Shown: in pieces, positions 1-10,689 of the stretch
Position numbering within the stretch: the first letter of the stretch is position 1
Layout of the letters: the number at the start of each line of letters is the position of its first letter
Origin: Eutreptiella sp. 'Long Island Sound 2002'
Lineage: Eukaryota > Protista > Euglenida
Assembly (NCBI GenBank): GCA_964036045.1
Contig: OZ038378.1
Span: forward strand, 178,994,001-179,058,000
Direction: 5' to 3'
DNA length: 64,000 bases
Position numbers and translations under genes: made by a program
The notes under the pieces: model-generated
What the model saw: the letters and a program-made list of their open reading frames with translations, nothing else
What the model was told of the DNA's origin: nothing
The model's database searches: none

Positions 1-1899
1 TTCACAAACTTGACCATGTTGTGGTTTGCCTTTGCTATGTGCGTGGACTGTGAGCAGAGGTGAGCCACCTCCGAGCCCCTTACAAGGCACATGGGGTGAA
101 GGGCACCCTCAGTGAGAAGGTAAGTTGACCACCCTCTGGGTTGCTTGTCAGCGGGACCTCACTGCGCTGTACAGCCACAATGCAACCCTAATACAAATAT
201 CTTTTTCAAGCACTCTTTGTAGTGCAACTGAACACTATACAACCAAAAAAAAATTGATGACCGCCCCCCCACGCTAATGGTTGACTTGGGGGGGGGGGCT
301 CCAAAATTCATCATCACGGGAATGACTGAATGTGAAGGGTGCTGGTGCCAGCATGAGAGGGACGGTGAGGGGCATAAGCTGCCCTTGTGAGCAGAGGGAC
401 AGTTTTTTCACTCTGACCTGTCAAAAAGTCTTTTCCGCAGTGGCTAAGGACAAGCAATGTACACAATTTCCTCCACAACCAATAAATACATCCAGAAGCT
501 GCAGAGAAGTACCATCCGGCACAGGAATAGCCCTCAAAACCAAGGTTACCATTCTGGTGCAGGCATTCCAAGAGTTCCCGCACACTGCGCCTCTTGGCAA
601 ATCAGCCAAATGGAATCACACTGCTTTTGGTTGACCATGATGACTAGGAGGCACTTCAAACTGCTGATCCCAATTCTGAAAAAGAAAATTGGGTGGTGGA
701 CTGCGTGCTCTAAGTCAAAGCACATGCCCAGATGATATACGTGCACTGGAGTTGGCTGCTTTGGTTGCTGTATTCAAGAAAGATAATGGTAAGTCCTGGA
801 CCAGGGATTGTCCGAATCAGCAGCCCTTACTGATGCATCTCCTAAGAAACCAACTATCCCAACCGCTGCACTGTCAAGTAGGTACATACGGCATGGGAGT
901 GCAGGGCGGGGGGGGGGGGGAGGTCTTTCTGATGGTCAACCAGCCTGTGACCCCTCACCCCACAAAAGAGAGGGACAAGCTTGTGGGGCTGTGAAGCAAG
1001 GGATACTTAGCGACTTACGGTCATACGGAATGTTGCCTTGAGTTCGCCCGACTATTGAATGTTGCATAGGCTGGTTTGGGTCAGCTCAGCTCGATCCCTC
1101 TCCAGGAACCCGATCAGCAACCTGTTGCTTGCACCTTCTTTTCAGCGGGGACTCACCCACACTTGACACCGCACTATCACTGTCGATGCACCTCCCACTG
1201 TTATCGCTGGACCCTGCACTGCGCATGGTGCAGTCACTACTGGTCCCACACTGTGGTCCCACACTGTCTCCGGATCTTCGCACTGTGACAAGCTTGGGGG
1301 GGGGGGGGGTTCAAAGTGTTTGTTGTGGACACATGCCTCAAGGCGCAAGGTGTGTGATCCTGGGAGACTGCGCTGTCCGGTACTTTCAGGTGCTAAATCC
1401 TTCTCGTTTGTGGCCCTGGGCGCAAGTATGCAGTACAAAGGGGTATGTAGGGTCCAATACCTCATGGCCATCATCTGCAAAGTAGTCAGGAATGAACGCT
1501 GGCATTGAATGCATTGAATGACTAGGCGTCCCAGCATCCGGAAGTGGCTGAAAATAGGCCACAGCCTCACGAGTAACAGTAAAGGGCAGCGTAATGCCTA
1601 ACTGCGATGCAAGACTCCCATTCCATGCACCAGCTGAAAAGCAGTGTGAAATAGGAAGAGGGTAGCGTAAGGGTTGTGGGTGCAGGCTCAGCTACAGGGG
1701 ATTGGTGGCACATACATGGCTTACATGGTTTACATGGCTGAAGAGAGCGGGTGAGGGGTGTAGCGGGGTAGCGGGGTGTAAAGTTTGCAGCGGCTTGCTG
1801 ACTTAAGCAGTGAAGGAGGGACAACAAGATTGTTGAGAACTGGACAGGGTTGGAAAAGGTTGGTGAGGGTTGATAAGTAAAGGCATTTACTTGTGTTTG

Positions 1900-2230
1900 C
1901 TTGACCATACATGGACCCCTTTAACCAACTCTGTCTTTGTGCCCCTGGCAGCTTGAGGGATTGGGTTGTTGCATGTACAGACATGGTTGGGGCATGAGGC
2001 CTGGGATGCGGTTTGGGACGTGGTTTGGGATGCAAGTGTACACAGCGCTGGGACGGGGTTTGAGATAGACATGGGTTGGGCATAGGTCTAGGCTGGGGTT
2101 TGCCACACAGTTTCCGATCACAGTGGACACGTGGTTGGGACAGGGTTTGGGATGGACCTAGTTTTTACATGGGGTCTGGGATGGGGTTTGGGACGTAGTT
2201 TGTGATCCAAATGCACACAGGTTGGGAAAG
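1900..2230. repeat. Degenerate ~12-bp GGTTTGGGA-type repeats
   Basis: Recurring GTGGTTTGGGAC / GGGTTTGGGATG motifs. On the minus strand these read as PNHVPN-type peptides in broken frames. Confidence 0.6.
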
Positions 2231-3395
2231 GGTTTGAGTTTCGGCATGGGGTCCCGAATGGCCCCAGCCAGGGAGGTTAGATGAACCCACCAAGGAACAT
2301 CTTGCGGACTGGATGGAGTATGCAGTGAAGGCTGTTTGAAGGCAGGCACTGCTCAAGCAAAGTGGGGGGTCCACACCTGTCTGTTGAGGCTCCAATCTTG
2401 AAGGGGAATTAGGTGGGTACCACCACTCACCAAGAGGGTTCATGACAGGTAGAATGGAGAAAATCACAAAGAGGTGAAGGAGGTTGTCAAATAAAATGGG
2501 CAAGACAACTTCTGGGGGGGGGGGGGGTCCATAACAGCTGGCAGGTTACCTTTGTAGTAGACCTTTGTTCAAGACCACGTCTTGACCTGCTTTTGTTGGC
2601 CGAGGTCAGTTTGTCTGGGGGTGGGGTGTGTGGGGTGTGGGGGGTGTGTGGGGGGTGGGGTGTGTGTGTGGGGGGGGGGGGGGGGGTTGTGGGAATGTTT
2701 GCCCCAGTGCCCACCGTTACAGCCTTCTGGAAGTATGGGGCAGCTAAAACATACTGCCTCAAAACGAGGGACCGAGTGAGAAAATCATGCAATAGAATGC
2801 AAGAAGGAATTCTTGCACTACACACACACTACTTGTGGAACATCTTTCCCAAAACTGCCTCCAGAATGACCCAGTGGTGCAAAACAGTCAGCAGAGCTCA
2901 CATTTGGTGGACCAGTTGAGTACGCATTTCACTCTGAGAAATCCAGGAAAAATTGAATGGTTTCGAGAGCATGAAACCAGCTTGTCAGTACCTAAAAGAG
3001 GTGACGTTATATGTCTACAAACTACAAAATATACCCAATAGAAGCATGCGCTCCTACACTATCCCCTAAAAGGTAGAAACATATAAGATCACATTCTGCA
3101 AGTGCTGGTGGGCTGGCACATTTATTCTGTGTCCCCAGGTTCCACAATCTGTTAGTGCCTAATTTACCTCAACGACAAATAGTTGCACTGTGCTGAATGC
3201 ACCCCCTAACATGCACCATGGTAGGAGGGGTGTTGGGGGGGGGGGGGGTGAAGCTGGTGGCACCTATTGGCCGATACGCACACGGTTCTGGTTGAGGTTT
3301 GGGGCCTGGGGGCATGGGTTTAGGTTGTTGTGAAGAAAGAGAGAGATCAAACAACAGCGGCATGCATCAACACCCCCGGAACAAGCAGTCTCAAC

Positions 3396-3706
3396 CTGCA
3401 ATGATCAATGTTCGAGCGCGAAACCGCTCCCCATTCTCCGCACTGACCTCCACTCCTCCATCAACTGTAGGGTTGATGTGGACCACACGTACATTTCCCC
3501 TGCACGCAGCTCCATTGCTCTCAGCAAGCCTCCACAGGGCCACCGTCGCGGGGGTTGCAAACACTACACCGCACTCATGCCTCTGAAGGATGCCAATCTC
3601 ATCCGGTTTGAGATTGAACTGCGGGAACTGCCTCTGGCACTCCGCCCTCGTCAACACCTCAAAGTTAACAGCATTGGTGGTCCACTGGTCCAGAACGGGC
3701 TGCAGC
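3396..3706 (-). CDS. Exon 2 of the sarcosine/pipecolate oxidase-like gene
   Basis: Acceptor AAACAG|G is phase 2, matching exon 1. Translates to LQPVLDQWTTNAVNFEVLTRAECQRQFPQFNLKPDEIGILQRHECGVVFATPATVALWRLAESNGA...RFRARTLIIAG, the expected continuation of the family fold. Ends at donor GCAG|GTTGAG. The intron is 3707-5825 (2,119 nt). No later exons were recognised in 1-3395. Confidence 0.85.
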
Positions 3707-3783
3707 CTGTTTCGAGGGCAGCGGCAAAACACAATGTGGATAAAGACTGTCTTGGTGCTGCTTTGCGCATTCCGAGCAATGAA

Positions 3784-4352
3784 CCCCCCCCCTTGCGCAA
3801 GCACGGCCAAGGTCAGGAAAACAACGGTCACACGGGGTCCCTGTGCTTAGACAAGCCCGTGCTTGCGCGCGACGCGCAACACAAAGAGACACTACACACA
3901 GAAACCCTGCCCGTACCCCACACCAAGCACATCACTCACAAACATGGCACTAGAACACAACGTGTAGGCAAAATTCAGCATGTCCTCATGTACTTCAAAT
4001 GAATGAAGTCATCTCCACGCGTAGAAGGACCAACGATGGTGGCAGGTGCATGCTCACCAGTGGATCGGATGTATGTGACACCCAAGCCAGCGATAGCAAC
4101 ATTTTTCATGGCTCAAAACCACAGCAAAACAATTACCATTGGGTTGCAGTACCAATCAGAATGTTGTTGTGAGCAAGAGGAACCATCACAAACATGACCC
4201 AGCCCTTCTTTCCCTGTACAATCAGCGCACAATCACGAAACAATGAATTTCTGACCATAAAAACCGTGGTCAGAAAAACCCATCAAAACAACGGTCACAT
4301 GGGGTCTTCGTGCTTAGACAAGGCCGTGCTTGCGCAAGGGGGGGGGGGGGGG
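3784..4352. mobile_element. MITE-like intronic element with terminal inverted repeats
   Basis: Left end C9-TTGCGCAAGCACGGCC (3784-3808) is the reverse complement of the right end GGCCGTGCTTGCGCAA-Gn (4322-4352). An internal direct repeat ACAACGGTCAC..GGGGTC...GTGCTTAGACAAG.CCGTGCTTGCGC occurs at ~3820 and ~4290. Confidence 0.5.
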
Positions 4353-4498
4353 AATGCATGCTCTGAATGCAGCCTTACCAGCGAGGCGCTGGTTCTAAAC
4401 ACACACACACACCCCTGTCCCCCTGCTCCTCTGCTGGTGGGGACTGTGCGCAGTCAGGGGGGGGGGGGATTGCGGTCGGGGGGGGGGGGGGTCGAAAC

Positions 4499-4580
4499 CA
4501 ATTGCGAAAAATTGCGGGAAAATTGCGGGAAATTGCGGGACAATTGCGGAAAATTGCGGAAAATTGCGGGAAAATTGCGA
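4499..4580. repeat. (A)AAATTGCG(G) minisatellite, block 1
   Basis: About 8 degenerate 9-11 bp units. Confidence 0.9.
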
Positions 4581-4856
4581 CATTGTAAGCAACCCTCCGT
4601 AACCCTCAAGGTGCAACAGTTCTGGACAGGTGGCTCAGATTTTTTTTAGTCATACAAAAGGTCCATGGGCAGCACAATTGCAGGAGGCGCCCGTCAATAT
4701 CACCATGGAATTGAAGCATGAACCAAAGGCGGCGGATGTTGTCATCTTCAAGCGTGGGCAAAAAGCAGTCTCATTGTTCTACAAAATTGTGTACACCAGT
4801 ATGGTTCAGCATTGATAGCAAGGGTCACCTGCAGGCACGTAAGAAGGGCAAAGCAG

Positions 4857-4947
4857 AAAAATTGCGGAAAAATTGCGGAAAATTGCGATAAATTGCGGAA
4901 AATTGCGAAAAATTGCGAAATTGCGGGAAATTGCGGAAAATTGCGGA
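4857..4947. repeat. (A)AAATTGCG(G) minisatellite, block 2
   Basis: About 9 degenerate units in the same orientation as block 1, followed by a poly-C run. Confidence 0.9.
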
Positions 4948-5349
4948 CCTCAATTCCCCCCCCCCCTGGCGCAGTGCTGGGATCAGCCCTTTGGTGAACG
5001 TGTGGGTGACTGAGAGTGGCTCAGTGTAGAGGGAACTCAAACGTTGCAGGTGTCTACTTGTGATTGGTTCTCTTTATCCACGGTATGCTCTGGAGAGAAA
5101 CTTGGGAAAATACATTACAGCACAAGCGCAGTCACAGCCGCTGAGAGCGCGGGTCCGAAGAGCATCAAACGGAACCTGTCACCCCACACCTGTCCAAACA
5201 ACGGGCACGAAGCAGCAACCACGTCTGTAATACAGCGAATGACAACGTAGCAACCCCAGAAAAAGGCTTGATTTGTCAAAGAAGCACACAGACAACAATT
5301 TGGTACAGGGCAGTAACAGAGAAATTCGAAATGATGCCAGTCTGAACCT

Positions 5350-5540
5350 GATTGCTTCCGTGGACAGTCCTGTGCTTCTGCGAAGGGCCGCAAATCACAG
5401 TCAACGACACCAGCATTTTTGAGTACCGTACCACACCTGCGCAAGGGTGCAAATTCTGCGGCCACCATCAGGACAGCAGCAATGTGCATCTTGCCACCCA
5501 ATTGACTGTTGATATACTGTTGATATACACGGAATGACCC
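5350..5540 (+). pseudogene. Possible decayed LINE ORF2 C-terminal zinc-finger fragment
   Basis: TPAQGCKFCGHHQDSSNVHLATQ resembles the CxxCG...H...C motif at the 3' end of non-LTR ORF2. Judged by eye only. Confidence 0.3.
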
Positions 5541-5825
5541 GCGCACGGGCCACATGGGGGGCGGGAGGGGGGTGGGGCATGAATAATGAACTGAAACGGT
5601 CAAGTTTAACCAGAGTGTTGCATTGGATGCCACCCTACCTCAACAAGCCTTGCTGCTCCAGTGCCGAATGTTGCCTTGAGTTCGTGACTTGCGTCATTGA
5701 CTGGGGAAGAAAGGGCGCGGGCGGGTGGGGGCAACATAGTGCAGGGGTTGGTGTTCCATCCTTGTGATGTTGCTGCATCATGTCTCTGCCCAATCACCCA
5801 GCGCTGCTACAAAAAAAAAAAGCAC

Positions 5826-6226
5826 CTGTCCAGCTGGTCGTGCCTGCACGTTGTCAATGCCCCACATTCGTGCAACAACGTCTCGCCTGCCTCCTGCTCT
5901 GCCTCCCGCCAAAGCATCAATGCTCGCCGCATAAGAGCCACGTAATCTGCCTCACCGTACAGTGTGCGGTATATCCGGCCGTCGCCATGGGAGCTGCCAT
6001 GCGCATGGCCACAGGTGTATTGCTCCAACAAAGCAACGCTCTGGCTGCGGCGTGCCAGCGCCCAGGCTGCAGATGCTCCCATCACCCCACCACCAACAAC
6101 AATGCAGTCATACTGATGTGTGGGTGCTGACGAGGCTGCTCGGGGATGGTGGTGCCTGTGGTGGCGGAGGAATGGAGGCTTGAGGGTGCCCGCGGCCACA
6201 CGGCAGGCATGTGGCATAAGAAACAT
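5826..6226 (-). CDS. Exon 1 of a FAD-dependent sarcosine oxidase / pipecolate oxidase-like gene (DAO family)
   Basis: Translates to MFLMPHACR...YDCIVVGGGVMGASAAWALARRSQSVALLEQYTCGHAHGSSHGDGRIYR. This has the GxGxxG Rossmann motif and the GSSHG..RI.R motif of monomeric sarcosine oxidases. It ends at a GT donor (GACAG|GTGCTT, phase 2). The Arg/His/Ala-rich N-terminus resembles an organellar presequence. Confidence 0.85.
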
Positions 6227-6231
6227 CGGGC

Positions 6232-6280
6232 CTGGACAGGACAACGGGTGGGGCAGGAGGTCAGTCACAGAGGAGTTAAC
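6232..6280 (-). promoter_or_regulatory. Pyrimidine-rich AG acceptor 5 nt upstream of the oxidase ATG (candidate SL trans-splice site)
   Basis: Minus strand reads CTCCTCTGTGACTGACCTCCTGCCCCACCCGTTGTCCTGTCCAG|GCCCG-ATG. Confidence 0.4.
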
Positions 6281-8429
6281 CAAACAAATGCTGAGGTAAT
6301 GCACTCATTGTGCAAATGCACGACGGCTGCGCCAACCCACGTCAGCAGACTGTAGACTACCCTGTTGATGGGTGGCTAAGCAGCACTTGGGACAGGGCTA
6401 TTGCCTGATGTAGTGGCATCTTGGCAAATGACACCAACAATTTAGGAAACACATGGGTAGTGTTTAACGTTTCATTTTTGAGCTGATTTTTGTAGACTGG
6501 GTCAAAAAAAATTTATATTCGCGGTTTTTTGCTGCATTTGGCCTGGGATTGTAGTCCATTCCTAAACGGGGGCACAAATGTGGATCAGTTGGATTCTAGG
6601 ATTGCAGCCCATAGCACAAACCCTCAGACCAACAAGCAACAGTATCGGATGATTCATGTCTGGCAGTTTCTCAACACAGTAAATTCGTCCAGAATAGTGC
6701 ACATGGCACATCAAATAATTGCATAGAAAGCGATGCCAGATGATTCATGTGTACCAGGTTTCTACAAAACCAGTTTGTAAACTCGTTGATAATAGTGCAC
6801 ATGGCACATCAAATGCTGAATCAATGGCATACAAAATGATGCAAGATGCCAGAAAATTAACATTTGTATGCACTGCAGACACACATGGCAGCAAAGAGAC
6901 AACCAACAATGGAAACCGACATCACTGTGGGCGAAAACTATTTTTTGACAATTTGTTTGTGAATTTCATTTTTGCGAAGGGCATGAAGCTTGAAAAATTA
7001 ACATAACATTAATATTTGTACAGCAGTCAGTTGTTGCATCCCTTGGCATGGCCCCTGTGCGGTGCTCTTGCGTTGTTGTTCTTTTTGGTTGATGGTGCCC
7101 TATTTGCTGCCCAATGCACTAGGTGGGCATCTGCTTTTGATGAGAGCGACTGCTGCAAAAGTGAGGCTGCTCCAGTAGTCAATGAAGATCAAGTGGACGT
7201 ATGGATGCAGGGAAATGGTGCAGACACATTGGATGTACGACACCTGGCACACTAGATGAAGCCAGTCCTTCAGGCATAAGCACTTCAAGCAGGTTGGGTA
7301 GCTGGCAGCAGATAGGAAGCTGGCGTGTCTCTGGTGTGCAATTTAGCATGAATAGGTTCTGCAAGTGCATGGCCCCTCAAGCATTTTGCATAAGCAAGTT
7401 CTGCAAACGGATGCTTATGAACGGATAGGGCTGCCGAGTCGCTAGCCGAGGGCTACCAATTTGATGTGGGGATCAAATTTCGGGTGGCACTGAAATATCC
7501 TCAATCTCATGGCTGCAATTTTGCATTGGACAGCAGTGCAAAAATTCCATTCCCCATGCATGGTTTGCATACAGCTAGTTTTGGCCTCGCTGCTATCACT
7601 GCGGTATTTTCTGTTGCCATGGCCACATGTTTCAACAATGCAACATTTAATTGCTACACTGGCACCAGAAAATTCTGGTGAATGAAGCAAAAGCAAGGCC
7701 TGAAAAGGGAGTGGAGAAGGTTGGAGATCAGATTCGATGTGTGCTACTGGCCGTTGTGGAGTTGCGAGCTTTCGCTGGAGAGTTGGGCAGTAAGACACCT
7801 GTGAACCTGAACACACAAAAATATCGAGGTTTGGTCGACAGATCCGTTTGAGCCACATCACTGCTTGCACACGAAAAAAAAGTGTCGGCCAACCAAAAAA
7901 GTGTCAGCCAACCTACCCCATCAGGTTAGCATTGATATTCACTGCTCATCATGTCTTACTGCCACGGCTCGCATATGAATACAACTGGAGCCCATTATTT
8001 GAAGTTTTGGGTACTGGTTTATACGTTTATACGAGGGACCTATTTGTCTCTGAACCAGAGCTCAAATGCTACAAAGTGCAGGAATCAACCCTTACTCTCC
8101 TACTCTCCTACTTTAGTGCTCCTCCTCCCTCTGAGGGCGCCCTTGCACTGCGCGAGCACTGTGCGCACACGGCGCGCTACTTTTTAGACCAGGTTCCCCG
8201 TGAAGAGTCCCCAAGCACACCCCTTCCAAACGCCCTTATATCACCCCTGCCTTAGGAGCATGTCCCATTGTAGACCCTGTAGACCCTGGGAGACCTCCTT
8301 CAGTGGGGGCGGGAGGTGGTCCATCTTCCACGAATGGGGGTGAGAGGATGGACCCGGGGGTGCGGGGTATGGCCGTCTCGCATAGCCCAGCTGCCGACTG
8401 TGGCGGGATGACAGCATGGTACGTCTTGG

Positions 8430-8810
8430 CTAGCATGAAGGATCCTTGGCGTTGATCAAGCCCGTGAGGTCACCTTCGAGAATAGTACTTGGACGTGATA
8501 CAGCACTTGGAGAGGATGCTGGATTGTCCCTCAGCCTTGATTCAACCGCCACAGCCTCTAGCCTTGAGAGTTGGGCGCTCTCATGATCCACCGGAGTGAC
8601 CCCACCAGGGCGTATGTACCGAATTTGGCAAAACTGTGGCCCATTCGGTGAAGGGCCCACAACAGTGGCCAACACATGTGCACCAAGTGTGCATGAGTGG
8701 TACCGTACATGGTCACCGGGAGAAAACATCTTGGGTGTGAAGTAGCAACACAACACACCCTCCTCCTTAACCACATCAGAAGGGTGAGACTTCCCTACCA
8801 CACTTGACAC
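8430..8810 (-). other. Protein-like ORF fragment, probably repeat-derived (small beta-barrel, SH3/Tudor-like pattern)
   Basis: FSPGDHVRYHSCTLGAHVLATVVGPSPNGPQFCQIRYIRPGGVTPVDHESAQLSRLEAV shows a G-D-x-V start and alternating beta-strand pattern, followed by a low-complexity S/P tail. No splice context was established. Confidence 0.3.
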
Positions 8811-9270
8811 GTTGAGCCGGGGCCGTAGTCTTCACATTGATGGAGTGATGGTGTCAAAAGATCAATGTGTGCTATTTCTCAGTTATGTGGTTTGTTTCCG
8901 GAACAGTCTGCAATAATAAAACAGGTTTCTCAAACCCTGCGGCGCGCAGAAAGCGTAAACAGTAAAGCTATGCATATACCTTACCGCTAGCTCCCCGAAT
9001 GCCCTATGGGTGCCAGTGCGGCGCCCGAGCCGTTTGAAGCCCCCTCCCCATTGTCGTCGTCGCTGCCCCCCCCCCCCCCCCGCCCCCCAGCCCAAACAAC
9101 GTGCGCTGGCGCGCACCTCCCACCGCTAGCACCAGTCGAGGGTGGCCCTCGTGGTGCCTGGAGCAGCAATGCCGCACCCCCGGGTGCCCCTTGCATGACT
9201 TGCACGCGGGGGCCTTGTGCGCGTCGCACAGGGTCTGCATGGGGCGTCGCTGCCCCACCCTCGGGGGAAT

Positions 9271-9399
9271 GTTTGCCCGGCGCGCGCCCGGCGCGCTACT
9301 TTTGTATTAACTATCCCGACTTCAGCCCCAGATTTACCCTCCCATGGAGAAGCCCCCCAAGTAGACCACATTGCACTGCACACCTTCCCTACAAAGCAC
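9271..9399 (+). repeat. Dispersed repeat next to the transposase 3' end; second copy at 21738-21861
   Basis: Shared GTTTGCC.GGCGC.CGCCCGGC..GCTACTTTT...TTTACCCTCCC..(G)AGAAGCCCCCCAAG.AGACCA...CCTTCCCTACA.AGCAC. A partial relative lies at ~8165-8230. Confidence 0.75.
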
Positions 9400-9458
9400 G
9401 TGGCAAAATAAAGCAATATCTGTGACTTCAACCACTCCAACTGTCATTTGTAGTGTAA

Positions 9459-10170
9459 TTAACAAACAACATTGGTCCCACAAGTGTGGGTGTCAATACA
9501 TTCATTACAATAGTGCTCCTTACACTCATCACAAATTGCGACGGTGGAGCGCCTTTGGCAACACAAAACACACACTTCCGCCTCATCCTCTGCCTCATCT
9601 TGCGTGGCGGCCGAGTTGCTTTGGTCAGTCCAAACGCGAGGCGGGACATGCTCCCATGGTCCGTAGGGGGGGTGACGGACTTGCCTCCGGATGCAAAACT
9701 GAGTGAAATGCAACAAAATGCGAACTGACTGGTGCAACTCTTTGGGGCCGCCACGCCAGATGTTCCTAACCAAACCCCAATGCCACAACCGAGCAAACAG
9801 CTGCTCAATGCGTGCCCTGTACCACCCATGGACATCATTGTAACCTTGTTGGCGGGCTGTCAAAGTGCCATTCTTTCTTCCAATGAATGGCACAATGACA
9901 TGAATCCGGCCTTTATAAGCGCCATCATGGCCCCCAACTTCAAAATCAAAGAAATCACCTCGGGTACGAGAAGGTCCGTACCCATCCCAAATCAAAACAT
10001 CTGCTGATGTCCCGGGGGCCAAGGGGCAAATCCATACAATGTTGCTCAACATATCAACGGCAACAGTGACCTTGTAAACATGCGACGCATACTTAGGATT
10101 CCACAGGTCTGCACTCCATATCCCGCCAATGGAACTGATGGGCATGGAGTCTGTGAAATGCGTCATAAAG
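9459..10170 (-). mobile_element. 5'-truncated PIF/Harbinger/ISL2EU-type DDE transposase (DDE_Tnp_4-like) with a C-terminal Cys/His finger
   Basis: Uninterrupted frame with TDSMPI (D1), NPKY..HVYKVTVAVD...IVWICPLAPGTSAD, HDGAYKG (D2) and YN..HGWYRARIEQLF (E). The tail is CVLCCQRRSTVAICDECKEHYCNECIDTHTC. The frame runs into the 170-bp repeat at ~10170. Confidence 0.8.
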
Positions 10171-10171
10171 A

Positions 10172-10600
10172 ATGCTACATCACCCCTGCATTCTCGGGGG
10201 TCCCCAACAAAGGGAAGAAAATCAAAACTCAAAACCTACGCCGAGGGTCACCATGATGCACCACGCAATAAAGCGTGGATTCAAAGATTGTCCCGGTTTC
10301 CTCAATAGCACCGGACGGTTGGGGCCCAAAAGAGGGCGGAAATGCTACATCACCCCTACATTCTCGGGGGTCCCCAACAAAGGGAGACAAAATCGGAAGT
10401 CAAAACCTATGCCGGGGGTCACCATGATGCACCACGCAACAAAGCGTGGATTCAAAGATCGTCCCGGTTTCCTCAATAGCACCGGACGGTTGGGGCCCAA
10501 AAGAGGGCGGAAATGCTACATCACACCTGCATTCTCGGGGGTCCCCAACAAAGGGAGACAAAATCAAAACTCAAAACCTCCGCTAGGGGTCACCATGATG
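10172..10600. repeat. Tandem repeat, ~2.5 copies of a 170-171 bp unit
   Basis: ATGCTACATCAC(C/A)CCT(G/A)CATTCTCGGGGGTCCCCAACAAAGGGA recurs at 10172, 10342 and 10513. A solo inverted fragment of the same motif lies at ~20800-20830. Confidence 0.9.
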
Positions 10601-10670
10601 CCCCTAGGGGCCCCTAGTATCTCAAAGTATGGGTCTCTAGTACGGCCAGACGCCCAAATAGTTGCACTGC
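10595..10670 (+). repeat. Dispersed repeat; second copy at 20069-20135
   Basis: Shared ATGATGCCCCTAG...CAAAGTATGGGTCTCTAGTACGGCCAGACGCCC(C)AAATAGTTGCACTGC. Shorter TTGCACTG-type relatives lie at ~3180 and ~8140. Confidence 0.85.
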
Positions 10671-10689
10671 GCGCGCACTGCGCTTGAGG

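Noticed and set aside
675-760. Chromodomain-like ENWVVDCVL*VKAHAQMIYVHW
   Set aside because: It has an in-frame stop, is very short and has no supporting context.
1-3395. Further exons of the sarcosine oxidase-like gene
   Set aside because: I found no GxW, CxYT or GFSGHGFK motifs in the minus-strand frames. The remaining exons are probably left of the window.
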